Shown here one piece after another: positions 39,873 through 46,951 of a stretch of 54,951 bases of DNA. The notes under the pieces are model-generated. The model was not told the DNA's origin. It ran no database searches and saw nothing but the letters and a program-made list of their open reading frames with translations. The first letter of the stretch is position 1, and each line of letters starts with the position of its first letter. Source of the DNA: a virus (Duplodnaviria; Caudoviricetes); the IMG/VR virus record IMGVR_UViG_3300047157_000021, positions 1 to 54,951 of that record; one strand, given 5' to 3'. The position numbers were made by a program, and so were the translations under genes.

Positions 39873-40359
39873 CTTGAACCATTGGCAGAGCAGCACGTGG
39901 CTTGTAGGATCATGTGCATTGCCCCAAAGGGGGTGGGGTAGATTATAAGCATCGTCTTGCCAACACACTAAGAGTGTGACAAATCCCCCTATTCATTCTG
40001 TCTTTAGACAGGCAACTGATTCCATAACAGTTGTCGTAGACAAGTAAGTGGTTGTTTTTAAACACATCTACGATGTAATGGTGGAATGTGACATGCTGTT
40101 TGCTCTCACCACGCGCCATGACCTTGCATTATAGGCGCAATTGCGCGGTGAAGAGCGAGGGGCCGCAGGGGCCAGTGGGGGTAGCGTAGATAGTATGCAT
40201 GAATATACACACAGATCAGGAAAATACACTGGTAACCACTTTACATATAAGGTGGTTTACACACACAATGGTTACATAGTTGTAACAATTCGTGATGAGA
40301 TACACAGGTAACGTAATGTTTCAGTAGATCACATAATGTTACAGTGACGATATTAACAC

Positions 40360-40390
40360 TTGACATATCATATTAGATGTGTAAAACTAT
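40360..40390 (+). promoter_or_regulatory. Putative promoter
   Basis: TTGACA-16 nt-TAAAACTAT. Confidence 0.5.
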
Positions 40391-40571
40391 GTAATAGTAA
40401 TAGCTAAGGTGCTTACATGTACAATGTAGCATTTAAATGTCCTTACAATGTTACTCTTAAAAATAATTCCTTACAATATTACACATAACATAAACATGTA
40501 CAGTGTAACACTTAAGTGTACTCCGCTTTATGCGGAGGCGTTTGTATATTAATTTAAATTAGGTATTGACA

Positions 40572-40778
40572 ATGGCAAAGAAATCTGTAAAACTATATAC
40601 AGACAATGTTCTTGAAGAGTTTTATAAACACGTATTAGACGGTAATCTTGAGAACTTGCATATCCCCCATAGTGATGTATTCTACGTAAGAGAGGCTGTA
40701 CAGGCTCACTACGGTAGATCTTTTACTTTAGAGCATGTGGAGTGGGCTATGCGTGAAGAAGGATGGACAGATGCCTAA
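40572..40778 (+). CDS. Hypothetical protein
   Basis: AGGT RBS; first ORF of the plus arm. Confidence 0.65.
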   Translation: MAKKSVKLYTDNVLEEFYKHVLDGNLENLHIPHSDVFYVREAVQAHYGRSFTLEHVEWAMREEGWTDA

Positions 40779-41055
40779 AGACCCCAGACTAGAACGTGCA
40801 GGTGTATCAGGCTTTAACAAACCTAAGCGTACACCTAACCATCCTAAGAAGTCACACGTAGTTGTAGCTAAAGAGGGTGATACGGTTAAGACTATTCGCT
40901 TTGGTGAGCAAGGCGCTAAGACTGCAGGAAAACCTAAAGCAGGTGAATCAGATAAAATGAAAAAGAAACGTGCAAGCTTTAAAGCACGTCATTCAAAGAA
41001 CATAAAGCGTGGTAAGTTGAGTGCAGCTTACTGGGCTGATAAAGTTAAATGGTAA
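40771..41055 (+). CDS. Basic conserved phage protein (DUF5754-like)
   Basis: KTIRFG..RASFKARH..SAAYWA..KW. Confidence 0.7.
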   Translation: MPKDPRLERAGVSGFNKPKRTPNHPKKSHVVVAKEGDTVKTIRFGEQGAKTAGKPKAGESDKMKKKRASFKARHSKNIKRGKLSAAYWADKVKW

Positions 41056-41073
41056 ATAGAAGGAACTATACCA

Positions 41074-41553
41074 ATGGGAAAACTACCTAAGTTTAAACAG
41101 AAACAAACAGGACAAGAGCGTGGACGTGCTGCATCAGGACGTATCTCAGCTATCACAACTAAAGCTGGTGACAAGCCACTATCAATGGCTGCGTACCGTT
41201 CATTTACAGATAAGCAACGTGCAGATGCTATGATACAGGCAGGTAAAGATTTACGTGCAGGTAAAATTACACAAAAAGAATTTGATGCTATCGAAAAGAA
41301 AATTGATGCTGCAGATGCTGCGGAAGCACAAAAGTCAGCTACAAAAGGCGCTAACACAAAAGCTGGTAATAAGAAAGTTAAACCGCTACCTAATCCTTTT
41401 GCAGATATGGCACATGGAGGCATGGCGCATAAAAAGAAAAAGTCATATTCTAAAGGTGGCTATGGTGATGGCAAGAAAAATATGTACGCAAAGGGTGGCT
41501 ATGCAAACGCAGGTGCATCTGTAGGCGGCACACAGAAGTGGACGGCGGGTTAA
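41074..41553 (+). CDS. Lys-rich hypothetical protein with xxGG repeats
   Basis: AAGGA RBS; MAHGG, YSKGG, YAKGG. Confidence 0.7.
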   Translation: MGKLPKFKQKQTGQERGRAASGRISAITTKAGDKPLSMAAYRSFTDKQRADAMIQAGKDLRAGKITQKEFDAIEKKIDAADAAEAQKSATKGANTKAGNKKVKPLPNPFADMAHGGMAHKKKKSYSKGGYGDGKKNMYAKGGYANAGASVGGTQKWTAG

Positions 41554-41747
41554 TGTGGCTTGCAGTGTTGCTGGGTTGTTATAGCCCAGCAGCAACATCT
41601 TGTGACGTAATGATACGTACCAGTGGATTGATAGCAACTGAAAAGTTGTGTCAAGAAGAAGTAGCTAATGCAGCTAAAGCTCTAGCACAACAGGGGCTAT
41701 ACATCCGTACAAAATGTTTTAAACTAAAGGTAGGCTCTACAGTTTAA
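41553..41747 (+). CDS. Small Cys-containing hypothetical protein
   Basis: TAATG coupling at both ends. Confidence 0.65.
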   Translation: MWLAVLLGCYSPAATSCDVMIRTSGLIATEKLCQEEVANAAKALAQQGLYIRTKCFKLKVGSTV

Positions 41748-41998
41748 TGACTTTAATATCTCACTTTCCTTTACCTAGTTTTCCTTTTCAGACGCATGAA
41801 AACATAGTGTTTGAAAAGGCAGACAAGGATAGGTCCAGTAGAAATAATGAAGAATATAAACCTGAGCAGCCTAACAAAGTAACTCCTGATACACCAGTAG
41901 AAGATCTTAAGCTAGTGAATCAGATGTATGCTTATAACCCCAATCCAAATAAACTACGTAAACCTGACGGTCAGATCGTAGACTTTATAGTAGCGTAG
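41747..41998 (+). CDS. Hypothetical protein
   Basis: TAATG coupling. Confidence 0.65.
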   Translation: MTLISHFPLPSFPFQTHENIVFEKADKDRSSRNNEEYKPEQPNKVTPDTPVEDLKLVNQMYAYNPNPNKLRKPDGQIVDFIVA

Positions 41999-42006
41999 GA
42001 AATAAT

Positions 42007-42375
42007 ATGTCAATAGATACACGTACATATACTACAGACACAGCAGCAGTAGCAGTAACAGCTACTTCAGGTGGCGCTAGTGCTAACTTAGTATATACGT
42101 GTCCACCTAACCACGATGCTACTATAGATTTCTTACATATTAGTAATGGTTCTAATTCTACTCATAACGCTACTGTTCAGTGGTATCATGCAGACACAAA
42201 CTCATATCATCACTTAATAAATGCAAAGGCTATAGCTGGGCATGATGTATATAATATTGTAACGTCTGACAGGATTCACCTACATGCTGGCGATAAGATC
42301 TTAGCGTTTGATGGTACTAGTAGTGGGCTAGAAGTATTTATCTCTGTACGTCAGTACTATAACCCTAATAGATAA
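42007..42375 (+). CDS. Hypothetical beta-rich protein
   Basis: AGGA RBS; YTCP..LHAGDKI pattern. Confidence 0.7.
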   Translation: MSIDTRTYTTDTAAVAVTATSGGASANLVYTCPPNHDATIDFLHISNGSNSTHNATVQWYHADTNSYHHLINAKAIAGHDVYNIVTSDRIHLHAGDKILAFDGTSSGLEVFISVRQYYNPNR

Positions 42376-42387
42376 TGCATAGCGGGG

Positions 42388-42417
42388 TTGCAAACTTGTC
42401 TATACTATGTTATAACT
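42388..42417 (+). promoter_or_regulatory. Sigma70-type promoter for the DUF1127-like gene
   Basis: TTGCAA-17 nt-TATAAC. Confidence 0.65.
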
Positions 42418-42430
42418 AAGTATGATATAA

Positions 42431-42480
42431 CTATCTCCATAAGGGTAAGTAATTCTTACCTTAACATATATAGGAGATAG
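42431..42480 (+). promoter_or_regulatory. 5'-UTR hairpin occluding the RBS
   Basis: CTATCTCC pairs with GGAGATAG; inner GGTAAG/CTTACC stem. Confidence 0.7.
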
Positions 42481-42483
42481 AAC

Positions 42484-42645
42484 ATGTTTAAAAAAGTACT
42501 TAATAAAATTCAAGAACATCAACAGCGCAGAGCAGACTATTGGGTTCTTCAGAATATGTCAGATAAACATCTGCATGATATGGGAATTTCTCGTGGCGAA
42601 ATCTACAACAAAATCTACGGCGAAGAAAGCAAAATCCAAGGTTAA
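42484..42645 (+). CDS. DUF1127 (YjiS/CcaF1-like) small protein, 53 aa (not in ORF track)
   Basis: MFKKVLNKIQEHQQRRADYWVLQNMSDKHLHDMGISRGEIYNKIYGEESKIQG matches RR....L..LSD..L.DIG.SR.EI; AGGAG RBS. Confidence 0.82.
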   Translation: MFKKVLNKIQEHQQRRADYWVLQNMSDKHLHDMGISRGEIYNKIYGEESKIQG

Positions 42646-42799
42646 TGAGGCAGGAAATTATACTAAGCCTGCTATGCGTAAACGTTTGTTTGAGCGGATT
42701 AAACGGGGAACCAAAGGCGGGAAGGCGGGTCAATGGTCTGCACGTAAAGCCCAACTCCTCGCAAGTGAATACAAAAAAGCGGGTGGGGGTTATAAATGA
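42593..42799 (+). CDS. Basic conserved phage protein (DUF5872-like)
   Basis: YTKP.MRKR..GGKAGQWSARKAQLL..YKKAGGGY; GTG start proposed. Confidence 0.7.
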   Translation: MAKSTTKSTAKKAKSKVNEAGNYTKPAMRKRLFERIKRGTKGGKAGQWSARKAQLLASEYKKAGGGYK

Positions 42800-42963
42800 A
42801 GGTAGAAGCACCTAAAGGCTACCACTGGATGAAACAATCTAATGGTAGCTTTAAACTTATGAAGCACACAGGAAAGTTTGTACCACATAAAGGTGCAAGC
42901 TTGTCTGCTAATTTTGAGGTACAGAAAGTACATGGCACTAGCAAAAAGTCAAAAAAGTCTTAA
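42796..42963 (+). CDS. 55-aa basic hypothetical protein (not in ORF track)
   Basis: MKVEAPKGYHWMKQSNGSFKLMKH...; ATGA coupling. Confidence 0.7.
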   Translation: MKVEAPKGYHWMKQSNGSFKLMKHTGKFVPHKGASLSANFEVQKVHGTSKKSKKS

Positions 42964-43177
42964 CAAGTGGACTAAGGAAAAGTGGCGTACTAAAAGCGGG
43001 AAGCCTAGTGCTAAAACTGGTGAACGCTATTTACCTACTAAGGCTATCAATGCTCTTAGTTCTAGTGAGTACGCAGCCACTACTAGAGCAAAACGACAAG
43101 GCACTAAGGCAGGTCAGCAGTTTGTGGCTCAACCTAAAGAGATTGCAAAGAAGACCGCTAGATACAGGCGAGGATAA
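42932..43177 (+). CDS. Basic conserved phage protein (DUF5872-like)
   Basis: SQKSL.KWTKEKWRTKSGK...ERYLP; GAGG RBS. Confidence 0.7.
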   Translation: MALAKSQKSLNKWTKEKWRTKSGKPSAKTGERYLPTKAINALSSSEYAATTRAKRQGTKAGQQFVAQPKEIAKKTARYRRG

Positions 43178-43180
43178 CTT

Positions 43181-43387
43181 ATGACTATAGCAATGGAAAG
43201 AGTGTTAGCTTGGAAGATTATGCCAAGACTAATGATGTTAGTAATGACATGGATGTACATAGAAGTTTTGTTTTGGTTTATGGCGTTATCTTCTGCTGAT
43301 ATGACATCACAAGCTACTGCACTTACAGCTACTGTAACTGGTGCTATGACTGGTGCGTTTGCTGTTTGGCTGGGGCATGAAAAATGA
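43181..43387 (+). CDS. Two-TM membrane protein (lysis cluster)
   Basis: Two hydrophobic segments; GAGG RBS. Confidence 0.65.
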   Translation: MTIAMERVLAWKIMPRLMMLVMTWMYIEVLFWFMALSSADMTSQATALTATVTGAMTGAFAVWLGHEK

Positions 43388-43740
43388 TTGGTCAAATTTT
43401 AGGCGCAGTAGGTGGGCTAGCAACTACGTACCTAGATGGTAAAGTAGCTGTACAGAAAGCTAACGCTGAGATTAAAGTTAAACAAGCTACAGGTGAGATT
43501 GATTGGGATCTTGCTGCAATACAAGCTACACAGAATAGCTGGAAAGATGAATGGATAACTTTACTTTTTTCTATTCCATTAATTCTAGCATTCTGTGGTG
43601 ATTGGGGTAACAACATTGTGCAAGCTGGGTTTGCGGCACTCGAAACTATGCCATCTTGGTATCAGTATTCATTAGGTGGAATCGTTAGTGCCAGTATAGG
43701 CATTCGTTCTGTAAGTAAGTTTTTTGGAGGAAAGAAATAA
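43384..43740 (+). CDS. Putative holin (3TM type)
   Basis: SWKDEW plus TM segments, basic C-terminus, near the endolysin. Confidence 0.6.
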   Translation: MIGQILGAVGGLATTYLDGKVAVQKANAEIKVKQATGEIDWDLAAIQATQNSWKDEWITLLFSIPLILAFCGDWGNNIVQAGFAALETMPSWYQYSLGGIVSASIGIRSVSKFFGGKK

Positions 43741-44195
43741 TGGTAGCACCGTTAGTGGTAGCAGGAGCAGCAGCCGTAGCTAGGTTTATTGCTAGTAGAG
43801 GTATGGCAGCAGCAGTTAAAAAGTATGGTAAGAAACTAGCGCAGCAAGGTGCTAAACACGCCAAAGACATGACTACTAAACCTAAAGCAGGTCAACGTCA
43901 AGTAGAACAAGCAACTAGAGGGCAACGTGCCTCACGTAAAGCGCAGCGTATTGGCTTTGGTGTAGGTGCAGCAGGTGCAGGTTTAACAGGTGCAGCTAAG
44001 ATCGCTGATATGCGTAAGAAGCTTAAAGCTGAAACTGACGCTAAGAAACGCGCGCAGTTACAAGCCCGTATTGAAAAAGAAGTAGCTAAAGCTAACGCAG
44101 CTAAAACTAAAGATGCAGCTAAGATTCCTAACAAACGTCCACCCAAGAAACCTGCATTAGCAGGATCTATGCGTCCACCAAAAAGGCCCAAATAA
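43740..44195 (+). CDS. Very basic Ala/Lys-rich hypothetical protein
   Basis: GGAGG RBS, TAATG coupling. Confidence 0.65.
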   Translation: MVAPLVVAGAAAVARFIASRGMAAAVKKYGKKLAQQGAKHAKDMTTKPKAGQRQVEQATRGQRASRKAQRIGFGVGAAGAGLTGAAKIADMRKKLKAETDAKKRAQLQARIEKEVAKANAAKTKDAAKIPNKRPPKKPALAGSMRPPKRPK

Positions 44196-44196
44196 T

Positions 44197-44712
44197 ATGC
44201 ATAAAAACTTTAACAAATGTTTATCCATGTTACTTCACCATGAAGGTGGCTTTGTAAATCATCCCAAAGACCCAGGGGGTATGACTAACCTTGGTGTTAC
44301 TAAAGCTGTTTACGATAAGTGGATAGGTAGAGAATCTACAGAAGAAGAGATGCGTGAGCTTACCTCAATAGATGTAGCTCCCATCTATAAGAAAAATTAT
44401 TGGGATAGGGTACGAGGTGATGATCTTCCTAGCGGTGTTGACTGGTGCGCCTTTGACTGGGCCGTTAATTCTGGTAGCGGTCGCCCAGCTAAAGCTATTC
44501 AACGTGCTGTCGGAGCAACTGCAGATGGGGCTATAGGACCACGTACACTACAAGCTATTATGAATAAAGAACCTAAAGCTATTATTGAAAATGTATATAC
44601 ACAACGTCAAACATTTTATGAGTCGTTAAAAACATTTGAGACATTTGGTCGCGGTTGGACACGCCGTAATAAAGAAACATTGGAGCAAGCACTCCGTATG
44701 ATAGAGGACTAG
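44197..44712 (+). CDS. Endolysin, GH108 with peptidoglycan-binding domain
   Basis: HEGGFVNHPKDPGGMTNLGVT; FGRGWTRR. Confidence 0.93.
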   Translation: MHKNFNKCLSMLLHHEGGFVNHPKDPGGMTNLGVTKAVYDKWIGRESTEEEMRELTSIDVAPIYKKNYWDRVRGDDLPSGVDWCAFDWAVNSGSGRPAKAIQRAVGATADGAIGPRTLQAIMNKEPKAIIENVYTQRQTFYESLKTFETFGRGWTRRNKETLEQALRMIED

Positions 44713-44713
44713 T

Positions 44714-45088
44714 ATGGCACGAGAACTAACAGAGCGTCAACAAAAGTTTCTTGCAGTCCTTATGGATGAGGCAGGTGGCGATGTCACTATGGCTAAGAAG
44801 CTGGCAGGATACTCACCTAACACTACTAACACTGAAATTACTAATAGTCTTAAGGAAGAGATCCTAGATGTTACGCATAGTTATCTAGCACGTAACGTAC
44901 CTAAAGCTGCTATGGCTATGGTTAGCGCTTTGTATGATCCTACTGAGTTAGGTATTCGTGATAAGATGGCAGCAGCTAAAGAGTTACTAGATCGTACTGG
45001 TTTAGTTAAAACTGAAAAGATGCAAGTAGAAGCTAAGGGTGGTGTTATGCTAATGCCAGCTAAACAAGTACAGGAAGATGATGACTAA
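44714..45088 (+). CDS. terS: Terminase small subunit
   Basis: LTERQQKFL..AKKLAGYS; AAKELLDRTG; upstream of terL. Confidence 0.72.
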   Translation: MARELTERQQKFLAVLMDEAGGDVTMAKKLAGYSPNTTNTEITNSLKEEILDVTHSYLARNVPKAAMAMVSALYDPTELGIRDKMAAAKELLDRTGLVKTEKMQVEAKGGVMLMPAKQVQEDDD

Positions 45089-45509
45089 GCCATTAGGTAA
45101 ATGGAAACTACCCCAACCAACGGATCTTAAAGAAGACAATGAGTGGACACCTATTCCACGAGTAGCAAGAACAGTTCCATTTGGATATGAATTAGATCCA
45201 GAAGATGACGGAATACTATTGCCAATTAGTTTAGAACTTGATATGCTTGAGGAAGCGAAACAATATCTTAAACAGTATTCGTATCGTGAAGTAGCGAACT
45301 GGTTGACCAGAAATACAGGTAGAACTATATCGCACGTAGGACTCAAGAAACGGTTGGATAATGAACGAAGAAGAAAAAACAAAGCTGGCAGCTTACGCAG
45401 ATGGGCAGACTATGCGAAAAAGGCAATCGCCAAAGCGGAAGAAATCGAAAATAGCCGCACAGGAGCCACCGCGAAAACGCAAAGCGAAAACGCCCAATCC
45501 GCAGCCTGA
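45078..45509 (+). CDS. Hypothetical protein, possibly DNA-binding
   Basis: PFGYEL and SYREVANWL...ISHVGL helical pattern. Confidence 0.65.
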   Translation: MMTKPLGKWKLPQPTDLKEDNEWTPIPRVARTVPFGYELDPEDDGILLPISLELDMLEEAKQYLKQYSYREVANWLTRNTGRTISHVGLKKRLDNERRRKNKAGSLRRWADYAKKAIAKAEEIENSRTGATAKTQSENAQSAA

Positions 45510-46938
45510 TATAATAGAAGAGTTTACCCAGCAGGTTGAAGAAGATCATAACGTAATCTTTAAGCCTAATGTTGGACCACAAACAGACTTCTTAGCTGCA
45601 GGTGAACGTGAGGTACTATATGGTGGCTCTGCAGGTGGCGGTAAGTCCTACGCTATGTTGGCTGACCCTTTACGCTTTATGGGTCATCCAGCCTTTTCAG
45701 GATTGCTCCTACGGCATACTACAGAAGAACTAAGAGAACTTATATTTAAGTCTCAAGAAATGTACCCTAAGATCTGGCCTGGGATTAAATGGTCAGAACG
45801 TAAGATGCAGTGGACTGCACCCTCTGGTGCCAGACTGTGGATGTCTTACTTAGATAAAGAAGATGACGTACTACGTTACCAAGGTCTTGCTTTTAGTTGG
45901 ATAGGCTTTGACGAACTAACTCAGTGGCCTACTCCATTCGCTTGGAATTACATGCGAAGTCGCTTGAGATCTACAGCAAGTGATTTACCAGTATACATGA
46001 GGGCTACTACAAACCCAGGAGGTAGGGGGCATCATTGGGTAAAAAAGATGTTTATTGATCCCGCCTCCTCTGGGGAATCTTTTGATGCAACTGATATTGA
46101 AACAAATGAAGTATTACGCTATCCTGCTGGACACTCAAAAGCTGGCAAACCTTTATTCAAGCGTAGGTTTATACCTGCCCGTCTTTCCGACAATCCTTAC
46201 CTAGCAGAAACTGGTGATTATGAAGCAATGCTTCTGTCTTTACCAGAGCAGCAAAGAAGACAGCTACTGGAAGGTGACTGGGATATTAAAGAAGGCGCAG
46301 CATTTACTGAATTTAATAGGCAGATACATGTAGTTGAGCCATTTGCTATACCACATAACTGGGTTAAATTTAGAGCGTGTGATTACGGATATGGAAGTAA
46401 GTCAGGGGTTATTTGGTTTGCAGTATCTCCTAGTGAACAGTTAGTAGTATACAGGGAACTGTATGTAGGCAAAGTATTAGCTACAGATTTAGCTGATATG
46501 GTATTAGATGCAGAGGCTGAAGATGGCTCAATTAGATATGGTGTTTTGGATAGTTCTCTATGGCACAAGCGTGGTGATACTGGCCCGTCATTGGCTGAAC
46601 AAATGATTATGAAGGGCTGTCGCTGGCGTCCATCTGACAGATCAAAAGGCTCTCGTGTAGCTGGTAAAAACGAAGTGCACAGGAGATTGCAAGTTGACGA
46701 ATACACAGAAGAGCCTCGTATGGTTTTCTTTAATACTTGCCACAATCTTATTGCACAGCTTCCAGCCTTACCTATAGATAAACGAAATCCAGAGGATATT
46801 GACACGACCTCAGAAGATCACTTGTACGATGCTTTAAGATATGGTATTATGTCACGACCACGATTTACTAACTTTGAATTTGGTGGGCCTACTATGGCAA
46901 GCGGAATGCAAGTAGCAGACGCAACATTTGGATATTAA
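45361..46938 (+). CDS. terL: Terminase large subunit
   Basis: YGGSAGGGKS, IGFDE, ATTNPGG, DYG, DHLYDALRY; start 45361 or 45412. Confidence 0.95.
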   Translation: MNEEEKTKLAAYADGQTMRKRQSPKRKKSKIAAQEPPRKRKAKTPNPQPDIIEEFTQQVEEDHNVIFKPNVGPQTDFLAAGEREVLYGGSAGGGKSYAMLADPLRFMGHPAFSGLLLRHTTEELRELIFKSQEMYPKIWPGIKWSERKMQWTAPSGARLWMSYLDKEDDVLRYQGLAFSWIGFDELTQWPTPFAWNYMRSRLRSTASDLPVYMRATTNPGGRGHHWVKKMFIDPASSGESFDATDIETNEVLRYPAGHSKAGKPLFKRRFIPARLSDNPYLAETGDYEAMLLSLPEQQRRQLLEGDWDIKEGAAFTEFNRQIHVVEPFAIPHNWVKFRACDYGYGSKSGVIWFAVSPSEQLVVYRELYVGKVLATDLADMVLDAEAEDGSIRYGVLDSSLWHKRGDTGPSLAEQMIMKGCRWRPSDRSKGSRVAGKNEVHRRLQVDEYTEEPRMVFFNTCHNLIAQLPALPIDKRNPEDIDTTSEDHLYDALRYGIMSRPRFTNFEFGGPTMASGMQVADATFGY

Positions 46939-46951
46939 GGAAAGAAACTAT

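Noticed and set aside
39571-40565. tRNA or known ncRNA in the large intergenic gap
   Set aside because: No cloverleaf or family signature recognisable by eye
42500-42811. Minus-strand 103-aa ORF
   Set aside because: Antisense to two better-supported plus-strand genes
45370-45385. A-AAA-AAC slippery site fusing the 45078 gene to TerL
   Set aside because: A -1 shift does not reach the TerL frame, which is +1
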